Shown: positions 27,577 through 35,855 of the stretch, in pieces
How positions within the stretch are numbered: position 1 is the first letter of the stretch
Layout of the letters: every line of letters starts with the position of its first letter
Origin: a virus
Strand: one strand, 5' to 3'
Virus record (IMG/VR): IMGVR_UViG_3300037459_000226
Location: 11,542 to 75,541 of that record
DNA: 64,000 nt
Program-made: the position numbers and the translations under genes
Notes under the pieces: model-generated
Databases searched by the model: none
Seen by the model: only the letters and a program-made list of their open reading frames with translations
What the model was told of the DNA's origin: nothing

Positions 27577-27872
27577 CGTGCCGTGCTCCACGCAATCGCG
27601 AACAGTGCCGTCGCCAGGGCCAAGAGGAACAACGTCAGGTAGTTGCTGGCGGGTCGGGCCTGCGAGTCACTCGGAGGAAGTAGGATGTACGGATGCTGAT
27701 AAACAAGGCGTGGCTCGAATAGGGCGCGCATCTCAAACACCATTCTCCTGTTGATCTTCCAGTCCGGCTTGATGATTGGCACACCGTGCGTTGAGCGAAC
27801 GCCGGGGATGACCTGACCGTACAGAATCTCGTTGATTCCGGTGACGTGACTCTCGTGTTGATCAGTCATCAA
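27573..27872 (-). CDS. Hypothetical protein with C-terminal TM segment
   Basis: Coupled by overlaps on both sides; hydrophobic C-terminus. Confidence 0.5.
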   Translation of the reverse strand: MMTDQHESHVTGINEILYGQVIPGVRSTHGVPIIKPDWKINRRMVFEMRALFEPRLVYQHPYILLPPSDSQARPASNYLTLFLLALATALFAIAWSTAR

Positions 27873-28672
27873 TTTCCCTTTGCCTCACAGGACCAGCACA
27901 GCGGTAATTCCATTTGCCGTGGGTCTGGTTTGTTCCGTGTTCCCGGTGGTCGCGTTCCCCATACGCAGTGCTTGCCGGCCGCTTTCACATTCACAGCAAT
28001 CCGGTCAATCTCCTCAGCAGCGGCCGGGTAAAAACTTCGGATCATTTCCAGTTCTCCCGGCTGGGCAAACGCCCCACACAGACACTCGCCACTCATACAG
28101 AGCAACTCGACGACACGGTTGTGTGGAAGATCATTAGCGTCCATGTACCGTCGCTTGTCGTCTCCATCCCAGTCGATCAGTGGATTGGCCCACACGATTC
28201 GCGGCGACGGATTCTTCAACCCAGTCGTTATCGGGTTGATACCGATGTTGATCATTCGCCTGACACTTTCCTTTCGTCTCACGCCGGACACGAACGCAAT
28301 CTTTCTCCGCCTGTCGGTCGGGTCGCGACACTCCCGCAACACATGCCGAAGGCAACGTTCCTTGAGTCGGTCATACATCTTCCAGTGCATTCCAGGACCG
28401 GGGAATCCTTGATCTATCACCAAGTCTTCGTAGGAGTCCATCGGGTGGTACACGTGCAGCGGCCAGCCGAACCGTTTACACGTGTCTTGGACGAACTCTC
28501 GTGTTTCCTTAATTCCGATCCCCGTCTTGATGTGGATGCAACCGTCAAACCGAGGGTGCTGACTCGCGACGTGGCAGGCGCACAACGAGTCGTGCCCACC
28601 GCTGAACAGCCCGAAGACATGCGACGGGTTGTACCGCTCGATTGCTTCAGAAATTATCTCACTGGCTTCCAT
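27869..28672 (-). CDS. PAPS-reductase/CysH-like PP-loop protein
   Basis: FSGGHDS PP-loop, LKER, SGVRRKES.RR, NPLIDW, SGECLCG. Confidence 0.85.
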   Translation of the reverse strand: MEASEIISEAIERYNPSHVFGLFSGGHDSLCACHVASQHPRFDGCIHIKTGIGIKETREFVQDTCKRFGWPLHVYHPMDSYEDLVIDQGFPGPGMHWKMYDRLKERCLRHVLRECRDPTDRRRKIAFVSGVRRKESVRRMINIGINPITTGLKNPSPRIVWANPLIDWDGDDKRRYMDANDLPHNRVVELLCMSGECLCGAFAQPGELEMIRSFYPAAAEEIDRIAVNVKAAGKHCVWGTRPPGTRNKPDPRQMELPLCWSCEAKGN

Positions 28673-28727
28673 CAGTTCCTCACCAACAAAACCTCCGGAC
28701 CGGGAGCGTTCGATTGCTTCCGGCCGG

Positions 28728-29660
28728 TCAATGATTCACCGCAGATAACAGGTCTCGCTGAATGTTCGTCGTCCGTCGCCGAGTCAACTCGCATTGTGAG
28801 AACCGAAGGTCTGCCGCGATGAAGTTCCGGCCGTGCACCTTGGCTACTTTCGCCGTCGTTCCGGAGCCGCTGAACGGGTCGAGCACCGTGCCGCCAGGTG
28901 GGCAGAGCGACAGAATGAACCACTCCGGCAGCTTCTCGGGGAATGGGGCTTCGTTTTCGTGGGCCATCCTGTCGCCGATTCTTCCGCCACCGGTGTTTGT
29001 GCGAATCAGGTTTCCGGGATTGGCGATAACAGGCGGCACGTACTCTTGGACCTCCATGTCTCCATTGGCCTTACCTTTCGTGTGCTGTCGTTTCTGCGCT
29101 GAGAACATTTTGCGGCGATTGCCGTTGGCCCGCCGACTGCCGCCGGACTCTGCTGACTCTCCGCGGCCCCAATAGTTCACCCTATCTCCGTCCGAAAGCC
29201 GATAGCTCATCTCACCGCCTGGTGCCCACTTTGGCGGATGCCCCATCACCGTGTTGTCGGCCCAGGGAAGTTTGCCGGGTCGCTTGAAACACAGGCAGTA
29301 TTCCACGTCTGCCCTAAACCACTGGTCTCCCCCGCTTCCAGGAATCCCAGACCGATACCAATACACCGGCCGATAACTCGACCCTCCCCGCTTCCACCAT
29401 TCCCACAGGAGACCCTCACAGGCCGGCCAGTACGTCCTGTCTCGCGTCACGCCGGCACAAACCCATATCACGGGGCCGCGGCAGACGCGGAGGGCCTCAT
29501 TCGTCACCTCAAGCATCCACTCGACCCATTCCAGACAGCCGCGGGCGTGAGCGTCCTTGTCGCCGTACCAGCGGGCGTCGCAATACGGAGGACTCCCCAC
29601 CACCAAGTCAACGACCTGATCGGCTAGCGGGAGTCGCGTTGCGTCAGCCTGCAAGATCAT
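28728..29660 (-). CDS. Beta-class DNA methyltransferase (N4-C or N6-A)
   Basis: SPPY motif IV near the N-terminus; H.APFP..L and VLDPFSGSGTT motif I near the C-terminus. Confidence 0.92.
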   Translation of the reverse strand: MILQADATRLPLADQVVDLVVGSPPYCDARWYGDKDAHARGCLEWVEWMLEVTNEALRVCRGPVIWVCAGVTRDRTYWPACEGLLWEWWKRGGSSYRPVYWYRSGIPGSGGDQWFRADVEYCLCFKRPGKLPWADNTVMGHPPKWAPGGEMSYRLSDGDRVNYWGRGESAESGGSRRANGNRRKMFSAQKRQHTKGKANGDMEVQEYVPPVIANPGNLIRTNTGGGRIGDRMAHENEAPFPEKLPEWFILSLCPPGGTVLDPFSGSGTTAKVAKVHGRNFIAADLRFSQCELTRRRTTNIQRDLLSAVNH

Positions 29661-29740
29661 GTCGCTTCTCCGACGTGCTTCGCGAGCATTCGATTACTCC
29701 CGTACCAGGCGGCCAGGGCGGTTATTTTCTTCCGCGTCAT
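29657..29740 (-). pseudogene. N-terminal remnant of a Dam-like (D12-class) adenine methyltransferase
   Basis: MTRKKITALAAWYGSNRMLAKHVGEAT resembles the W/Y-x-G-x-K/R motif X at the start of Dam-like enzymes; 27 aa; ATGA-coupled on both sides. Confidence 0.45.
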
Positions 29741-29928
29741 TTCAGAATCCACGCAACAACAACAGCCGCGATTACCGCAATGATTCCGCACCCGCACTGG
29801 TAGGACCGTCGTCTGAAGTTCTCGACGCTCTTGTCATAGGGGACCCTCAATACCTCACAGCCGGTCATGAAGATGATGCAAACCGGGATTCCGATGAACG
29901 TCACCAAATTGGTGGATAGCTTAGGCAT
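29737..29928 (-). CDS. Small two-TM membrane protein
   Basis: Two hydrophobic segments. Confidence 0.5.
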   Translation of the reverse strand: MPKLSTNLVTFIGIPVCIIFMTGCEVLRVPYDKSVENFRRRSYQCGCGIIAVIAAVVVAWILK

Positions 29929-29931
29929 GAC

Positions 29932-30183
29932 TCATCTCCTCAACCGCCGCCCGCACGATCGCGATACGTCGTTTCCCAAGTTCTCAGGAAGCAGTTTCTG
30001 GCCGAGTGTCACGATCAGTTTTCCGATGACGGTGGTGAGGACCTCCGCCAACTGTTCAACGACAGCGGCCTCACTTCCCATCCCGACCAGCCTCAGATCC
30101 CTCGCCAACACGATTAAATCACTTTGACCGTCCACCAGGTGTGTCTTGGCGACAGCTCGATAGTGGTTGCAATTTGTGGGCAT
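29932..30183 (-). CDS. Hypothetical protein
   Basis: Start MPTNCNHY, coupled (TAATG) to the upstream gene. Confidence 0.5.
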   Translation of the reverse strand: MPTNCNHYRAVAKTHLVDGQSDLIVLARDLRLVGMGSEAAVVEQLAEVLTTVIGKLIVTLGQKLLPENLGNDVSRSCGRRLRR

Positions 30184-30413
30184 TAGAGATTCACCAGGCT
30201 TTCCAATTCTCTGATCCGGTCCATCAGTCCGATCATTTCCGTGTCCCGCGTGTTGGCCCGGAATTGCAGCAACGAGACCTGAGTCGCCAGTTCCGTCAAC
30301 CGGTCCTCGACGCTGCGACGCTTCAGCCTCAACGGTTTCATGCCGCACTTCTCACAGACGTCGTTGTGGTTGAAGACGTGGTCGCATTCATCTGGTTTTT
30401 CTGGTGGCATCAC
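30183..30413 (-). CDS. Small Zn-finger/coiled-coil protein
   Basis: CDH...CEKCG. Confidence 0.55.
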   Translation of the reverse strand: MMPPEKPDECDHVFNHNDVCEKCGMKPLRLKRRSVEDRLTELATQVSLLQFRANTRDTEMIGLMDRIRELESLVNL

Positions 30414-30416
30414 TTC

Positions 30417-30644
30417 TCACCGTGCAAGACACATGAACGCGAGTCCGGCAAGAAAGCCGAACATAATCCCCGCCGTCATCCCGATTGAGTAGCCAAATTG
30501 TTCGCCCGCGTGATAAGACCGGGGGCTTATCCGAACCACCTTCCCCCACGCCGGATGCTCTCCTGAATCCTCCGTGGTCTCTCGATCACGGCGATACAGA
30601 AACCCGCTACCCGAAACCCGAATTCTCAACCATTCTCTAATCAT
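30417..30644 (-). CDS. Small membrane protein
   Basis: C-terminal Gly-rich TM segment; GGAGGAG SD. Confidence 0.55.
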   Translation of the reverse strand: MIREWLRIRVSGSGFLYRRDRETTEDSGEHPAWGKVVRISPRSYHAGEQFGYSIGMTAGIMFGFLAGLAFMCLAR

Positions 30645-30687
30645 GCTCGAATCTCCTCCACGGCCGCCCGGATCTTCGGGTCAGCCT

Positions 30688-30978
30688 TCAGAGCCACCAT
30701 TTTTTGAGTGATCTCCACAGTACGTCCCTGAATTCCGACTGGGTTATTGCGATGTCATCGCCGTTTTCCATCTTCCACCAGCGTCCGGCGATTCGAACCC
30801 GGTATCGGTTGCTCCCGTATCCCCAGTGTGCGTCCGGGCATGGCTCGCCTCGCGACGTGACGAACCGCTTCTTTGGCCACAGACTGGCGTCGAACAGTTC
30901 TGTTTTGTACGACTTCCATCGACCTTTTGCCTTTCTTTTGAGCAAGAATACAAGGTGTGGTTCTCGTGATTCTGACAT
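30688..30978 (-). CDS. Hypothetical basic protein
   Basis: 96-aa ORF in operon orientation. Confidence 0.55.
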   Translation of the reverse strand: MSESREPHLVFLLKRKAKGRWKSYKTELFDASLWPKKRFVTSRGEPCPDAHWGYGSNRYRVRIAGRWWKMENGDDIAITQSEFRDVLWRSLKKWWL

Positions 30979-31191
30979 GCGTAGTTGAATTTAAGCCTGT
31001 AATGTTGGGCTCGCTTCTCTAAGTCGATCGACTCTCTCGGCTGGTCCGGTCCCGCTGCGGTCGAGAGGGCAAGCTGCTCTGACAGACTCCACTGCCGTGA
31101 CAATAGCCGGATCAGCCCGCAGTTCGCCCACCGGCCGGCGCCAATCCCCAGCCTTACCCAGCCGTTCAGTCGCTATTGGCAGCATGATTTT

Positions 31192-31499
31192 AGTACTGAT
31201 ATACTTGGCTCATCAGAGCGACTGGCGTGCTCTTTCAATCGCGAATCGGAGCAACCGCCACTCCCGTTCGGTTAGCCCTCCCCCTGCGACGATGAAGCTA
31301 TCCAGTTTGGCGTCGACGAGATCGAGGATGTTCATCGGTGGCTTGTTCCCGAGGATGACTGTGAGGCGGTCGTAGACGGCTCTGAGGGCGCCATCAATGT
31401 CGTCGGCGACTTCTCGTGTTCCGAACTCCGGGTCGTAGGAGTCTGAGACTGGTCCGGGCATCACGCCCTCCTTTTTGATGAGTCAAGTATGTCAATGCC
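31192..31499. mobile_element. IR-flanked single-gene cassette A
   Basis: Left end AGTACTGATATACTTGGCTCATCA (31192-31215) versus reverse complement of right end GGCATTGACATACTTGACTCATCA (31476-31499); encloses one ORF. Confidence 0.6.
31213..31464 (-). CDS. Hypothetical passenger protein of cassette A
   Basis: 83 aa; AAGGAGG SD directly inside the right IR; stop codon within the left IR. Confidence 0.65.
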   Translation of the reverse strand: MMPGPVSDSYDPEFGTREVADDIDGALRAVYDRLTVILGNKPPMNILDLVDAKLDSFIVAGGGLTEREWRLLRFAIERARQSL

Positions 31500-31549
31500 A
31501 AAGGTTTTCTCTCCTTCAGGATTCGCATTGCAACTCCAAATCCGTTCGA

Positions 31550-32581
31550 TCATTTCGTCACCCCAAATTCAGACCGTAAGGTTGCGATTGGCTCACGAAG
31601 CCCCATGCCGCTCAACTCCTCAGCGGGAAGCCTCCAGTCCGCCAGCGACATCAGGCACTCGGAGAACTCGCGGGCTGATTTGATAGACCTAAACTCCCTC
31701 GCTATCGGGATTGCCGTTTCGTACCCATCCTCAATCTTCCCAACCGCCCATCTTACGCCGCCTGTCGCGTCCACCGGATAGATCCTTAGACCATGCTGCT
31801 TGAACTCGGCTGCGGCGTCGAGGGCGTCACGCCTGACGCCTTCAGCGGCCACTACAGCGTCTCGGGACTCGTCGGTGGGCCAACCCTCGCCCGGAGGAAC
31901 TTCAGGCCCGTAGGCGGCGAATCTCACCGAGACCAGATAGCCGGCGCCGACGTTCGGCCGCTTCGAGAATTCATCCAAGATCGCCCGGAATTGCCCGATC
32001 GTGAAGCCCCGCGAGTAGGCTGAACGCGCTAAGGTCTTGGAAGCGTTGATCTTGCGGAGCTTTGCTTCACTTTCCATCTCAGCCACCACCTCGTCCCGGT
32101 GCAGGTCTGGGGAATGGGTCTTTGTGGTGGTAGGTGGTGGGGAGGAAGAACTGTTCGGGTAAGGATGCGGGTCAATCTGATGCGCGCAGCCTTTCCGATC
32201 TGATGCGCGTAACGCCTCGCGCGTCGGCTGCGCGTCGGCTGCGCGTGGTTTGCCACGGCCCCCGGGAATTACCCAATATACGCCCGGCGCCTTCCGCCGT
32301 GAGTTGCTCCCAGACTCGTATTTCAGCAGCCCTGCCGACACGAGCAGCTTCCGGACTCGACAGACCGTGGTCTTGGACATCCCGGTAGCTGAGACAAGCT
32401 GGGAAAGCCAGAACGTCGGGGCGGCTTCGTACCGCTTGGCGTCCTCCATCAGCACGACGGCAGCGAGCAGCGTCATGCCGTTCGGGCCGATCCGCCGGGC
32501 AGCCCCGGATGAGATCAGCCACCGCTGGAACGAGAGGGCGAAGAACTTAGGGCGAGAGGGGTATTGGGATGTGGCAATCAC
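31550..32581 (-). CDS. Putative replication initiator with N-terminal winged helix
   Basis: LSQLVSATGMSKTTVCRVRKLLVSAGLL.Y wHTH, low-complexity linker; lies upstream of the DnaB module. Confidence 0.6.
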   Translation of the reverse strand: MIATSQYPSRPKFFALSFQRWLISSGAARRIGPNGMTLLAAVVLMEDAKRYEAAPTFWLSQLVSATGMSKTTVCRVRKLLVSAGLLKYESGSNSRRKAPGVYWVIPGGRGKPRAADAQPTREALRASDRKGCAHQIDPHPYPNSSSSPPPTTTKTHSPDLHRDEVVAEMESEAKLRKINASKTLARSAYSRGFTIGQFRAILDEFSKRPNVGAGYLVSVRFAAYGPEVPPGEGWPTDESRDAVVAAEGVRRDALDAAAEFKQHGLRIYPVDATGGVRWAVGKIEDGYETAIPIAREFRSIKSAREFSECLMSLADWRLPAEELSGMGLREPIATLRSEFGVTK

Positions 32582-32600
32582 AGCGCTCTCCTTGCGCAAA

Positions 32601-32687
32601 GAAAACCCCAATTCGCGACCGGGTCTTTACGCCACGGAGACAGCGCTCCCAGTTTTTCACCGGGCCGACCGCGAATTGAGGTTCTCT
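32601..32687 (-). promoter_or_regulatory. Long leader hairpin upstream of the replication initiator
   Basis: GAAAACCCCAATTCGCG / CGCGAATTGAGGTTCTC inverted repeat; TATAAT at 32690-32695 on the - strand just upstream. Confidence 0.55.
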
Positions 32688-32765
32688 GATTATACGGGGC
32701 ATCATGTCCCGTTCTCCGTTTACAAAGACACGCCGAGCCTACCGGGATCTCAGGAATTGTCAACG

Positions 32766-33944
32766 TCAGTCCAAGGCGTCGGTTGCAAACTCCCACACGC
32801 CATCCGGGTAGAATGCGTGCGCCCCCTCGTTTACCGACAGGATGCAGTCAGCCCTGTTGTGGTAGACGGCCCGCGTGATCGCGAACCCCTCCCGAATGGA
32901 ATCAACCGGCGCGACATCCCTGTCGCCCACGATCACCATCAGTGAACGCGGCGCAATCAAGGCCGCGATGTCAGGAAGATCGAAGTGCTCCCGCAAGCCG
33001 TGCGGCAAACAGGCCGGGCACGAGTGGTAGTTGTGGTCGAGACAGGAGTCCGCCATTGGTGCGAAGAATCCCGACGTGATGACGCACCTGATCCGCTCGT
33101 CACACGCGCCCGCATAGAGTGCGACCGCACCTCCGAGAGACTGGCCGACGATTCCGATGCGGCTGCCGTCGAAATCCGGCATGGTGTCCAGCCAACTCAC
33201 AACCGAGGACACGTCGTTCACCCACTGCCCGGCAAGCGGCTTCCCGACCGCCTCCCACTGGGCTGCCGTCTTGGTGCAGTCGAAGCTCATGCCAGAGGCG
33301 GCGCCCTTCCCCGCGATGCGCAGAGAACCCTGCCCCCGCATCTCGATAACCGCTACCGCGAATCCAGCGCGGAGTGCCTGAAGGCCGTAGTCGCGGTTCC
33401 CCTCTGCCCGAACCCCCAACGCGATCGGCTTGACTCGCCCAGGACCGTGTCCGGGAATGCAGATCATCACGGGCCAGCCGTCAGCAGGCTGCGTTCCGCC
33501 GGGGCTGCCGACGAACACAGGGACTCGGACCCCGTCCGGCATGCGGAACACGTAGTCTTGAAACCGGAATCCGTGGTGGTGGAACTCCGCGAAAATCTGG
33601 ACGTCCGACGGGGCCGCTGGCTCGTCAACCCCCAGGATCTCGACCAGCTTTTCACGACCGTGCGTACTCCCGCGAAAGAGCGGCGGCCGCTCAGAGAGTT
33701 CGCGCAGACGATCCCGAAGGCTCTCCCCGCCATTCGCCTGAGACCTGTAGTTAGCGTAGCGAGACGCCCGGTGGGGAATACGATCCAAGAGACGCGACAT
33801 TAGGCGATCATTCTCGCGATCATTCTCTTCATCGCTTAAAACAATTGTCTCGTTGCTGGTGCCGCGGCCGGTAGCCCACAGGAACGCGACATCCGACACG
33901 CAGCCGATCACGATCCCCGCAATCAACGCATAAAGAATCTTCAT
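32766..33944 (-). CDS. Alpha/beta hydrolase (dienelactone hydrolase/acetylxylan-esterase-like) with N-terminal anchor
   Basis: PVMICIPGHG, GQSLGG nucleophile, DERI, ALIAPR.L, GAH.F. Confidence 0.85.
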   Translation of the reverse strand: MKILYALIAGIVIGCVSDVAFLWATGRGTSNETIVLSDEENDRENDRLMSRLLDRIPHRASRYANYRSQANGGESLRDRLRELSERPPLFRGSTHGREKLVEILGVDEPAAPSDVQIFAEFHHHGFRFQDYVFRMPDGVRVPVFVGSPGGTQPADGWPVMICIPGHGPGRVKPIALGVRAEGNRDYGLQALRAGFAVAVIEMRGQGSLRIAGKGAASGMSFDCTKTAAQWEAVGKPLAGQWVNDVSSVVSWLDTMPDFDGSRIGIVGQSLGGAVALYAGACDERIRCVITSGFFAPMADSCLDHNYHSCPACLPHGLREHFDLPDIAALIAPRSLMVIVGDRDVAPVDSIREGFAITRAVYHNRADCILSVNEGAHAFYPDGVWEFATDALD

Positions 33945-33980
33945 CGCACGCTCCCTACCGGGACTCAGGGGTTGTCAACG

Positions 33981-34616
33981 TCAGACGAAATCCTTGAGTT
34001 TCAGCTTCGTGATTATTCTGTGACCGCCTCTGTCGAACAGCCCTTCTGTGGGGCGCGCTACCAACCCTTCCGCGGGGAAGTCACCCCAGGCGGACGTGAA
34101 CCCTTCTTGGACGATCCGCACCATGTCCTTCAGGGTTCCTGTTCCCACCAAAGGCACGCATTCAAGACCGAGTGTTTCGGCCACCTGTTCGACATCCGCT
34201 CTCCGGAGCCACCAGTCCCCCACCTTGACGTCGAAGAGAACAAAATCTTGGTTGGCACGGTAGTTCCCGCCACTCTGGATGCCAGCGCCGTAGCCCTCCC
34301 CGTAAAGGCACGCGCCGTCTGGGAATTGCTCTTGCAGGGTGTCATCAAAGAAGACCTCGCACAGCCGCGACAGCAGCTTAGGGGGCAATTGGGCGTTGTC
34401 GGACTTCCCCCTGAACTCCACGCGGCAGATCGCGTCAGTGATGACCCGGATGTTGGTCCCGTCCACCTTCTCGGTGAATTCCCATTCACAGTCCTGCAAG
34501 AACTCAAAAGCAGGAAGCGAGTATTCGCCGAGCAAAAGGGTCTTGTGACGGTTGTCCGGGTCCCTCTTGAACACGGTCTGGATCTTGTGGTACGGCTCGC
34601 CGCTGCATTCAGCCAT
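33981..34616 (-). CDS. ATP-dependent RNA ligase (Rnl2-like nucleotidyltransferase domain)
   Basis: Motif I TEKVDGTN, LYGEGYG..IQ, FVLFDV, AEGLV, R.I.KLK. Confidence 0.88.
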   Translation of the reverse strand: MAECSGEPYHKIQTVFKRDPDNRHKTLLLGEYSLPAFEFLQDCEWEFTEKVDGTNIRVITDAICRVEFRGKSDNAQLPPKLLSRLCEVFFDDTLQEQFPDGACLYGEGYGAGIQSGGNYRANQDFVLFDVKVGDWWLRRADVEQVAETLGLECVPLVGTGTLKDMVRIVQEGFTSAWGDFPAEGLVARPTEGLFDRGGHRIITKLKLKDFV

Positions 34617-34654
34617 GTCGGTTCTCCATTCGCCTACTCGATGCTCAGGAATTG

Positions 34655-34867
34655 TCAAGACTCATCTTTCCAAGGACACGTGAGCCAGACCAGCACCGAG
34701 AACATCAGGAACTTCGACTGGTAGTACCCGATCTCTCCGCGAGCAATCTTCCTTTCAACACTGCCGGCGTCAAATCCTTTCAGTTCGGTGTGACCGCCAA
34801 TCGAAAGCACGCCGTACATGAAGGCAAAAAAGCACGCTACCCCAAACAGAAATTTTCTCATGAACAT
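34655..34867 (-). CDS. Small membrane protein
   Basis: Two hydrophobic segments. Confidence 0.5.
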   Translation of the reverse strand: MFMRKFLFGVACFFAFMYGVLSIGGHTELKGFDAGSVERKIARGEIGYYQSKFLMFSVLVWLTCPWKDES

Positions 34868-35121
34868 CCCACATCTCCTCTCACCGGACTCTGGACCAAT
34901 CCGGGTGAACTTGCCGCAATGATGTCAAGACCAGCAGAAGTGCTTTCCAAGAGCGACTCCCATACAACGCGAACATTCGGCGGCTGCGTCAGATCGGCGA
35001 GTCGCGCGGTAGCGACAAGTCTCGCGGCAGAGAGCGCGGCTGCCTGATCGTAGTTACGGCTATCCGTGACCATACCTTCTTCATGGATCACCGGAGTTGA
35101 CGGCTGCTGTGTCGCACCCAT
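34858..35121 (-). CDS. Hypothetical protein
   Basis: GAGGA SD; 87 aa. Confidence 0.5.
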   Translation of the reverse strand: MGATQQPSTPVIHEEGMVTDSRNYDQAAALSAARLVATARLADLTQPPNVRVVWESLLESTSAGLDIIAASSPGLVQSPVRGDVGCS

Positions 35122-35167
35122 TATTGATCTCCTCTAGTTCGCGGATCGTGTGTCGGGTAGGTGGCGA

Positions 35168-35707
35168 TCATGCGGTGACGTCTTCCACGCGAGCGTTCCA
35201 CTGATCGGCGAGATCACAGATCGCCCCTGGAATTTGAACAATGACCCTTGTTCCGATAATGCACTCAGGATTAGGGCCGTCGTGGTGAAGCCCCCAGTTG
35301 TCGAACACGACATTACTGCCGCAGAATGGGCAGGGGAGAAGCTCGGAGGGTGACTCAGCGTGAGACGCAGACTTGATCCCCGTGACCCCCATCTTGACCC
35401 AGTAGCAGCACAAGGCAGGATGGTCGGCGATGTCCATGCAGTCAAGTAAGTTATCTTTCACCAAGCGATCGACCAACCGACAAAGCGCTTCCACGCCAAT
35501 GCCGCCACACGACCTCGCCAAATGCGAGTCGAACATCGTGGGAGCCTTGCCCAGCCTGTCTTCCATGTGGGCGACCGTGACGAGCAGCGCGATGCCGTCC
35601 GGGCCAAGCAGGATGCGCCGATCGGATTCGAGCGACAGCAGCCAGCGGACGTATTCAGCGAGAAAGTCGTCGGGACGGTCAAGGGGAGTCGCAGAAGTGT
35701 CGGGCAT
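35168..35707 (-). CDS. Fusion of an initiator-like wHTH domain and a Lar-like zinc finger
   Basis: N-terminus parallels 31550-32581 (WL.S...R..GP.G..LL..V..MED...APT); C-terminus ELLPCPFCGS...WNAR is Lar-like. Confidence 0.65.
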   Translation of the reverse strand: MPDTSATPLDRPDDFLAEYVRWLLSLESDRRILLGPDGIALLVTVAHMEDRLGKAPTMFDSHLARSCGGIGVEALCRLVDRLVKDNLLDCMDIADHPALCCYWVKMGVTGIKSASHAESPSELLPCPFCGSNVVFDNWGLHHDGPNPECIIGTRVIVQIPGAICDLADQWNARVEDVTA

Positions 35708-35841
35708 TACATTTCCTCCAAACAGTCGTCACAAGTTCTGGGGTGGCCCGGAGGCTCTGCCCCTTCAAGCACGTCGTCGAAGAAGACGCCGCACAACTGG
35801 CACGTGATGCCTTCGTAGATGTCGTCTGCGATTTCGCCCAT
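35707..35841 (-). CDS. Small Zn-finger protein (not in ORF track)
   Basis: MGEIADDIYEGITCQLCG...PGHPRTCDDC, 44 aa; GGGAG SD. Confidence 0.65.
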   Translation of the reverse strand: MGEIADDIYEGITCQLCGVFFDDVLEGAEPPGHPRTCDDCLEEM

Positions 35842-35855
35842 CAGTTTCTCCCGCC

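Larger units (their letters stand above)
32736..34664 (-). repeat. Three copies of a sigma70-promoter-like junction motif
   Basis: Minus strand TTGACA-A-(TT/CC)-CCTGAG...G-TAGG at 32736-32769, 33952-33984 and 34631-34664, each at a gene boundary. Confidence 0.8.

Noticed and set aside
29926-30419. Other in-frame TGA-then-start junctions (29932/29928, 30417/30413; also 62699/62680)
   Set aside because: No CGTG-loop hairpin follows, at least two have their own SD-like sequence, and in-frame adjacency is expected about one time in three.
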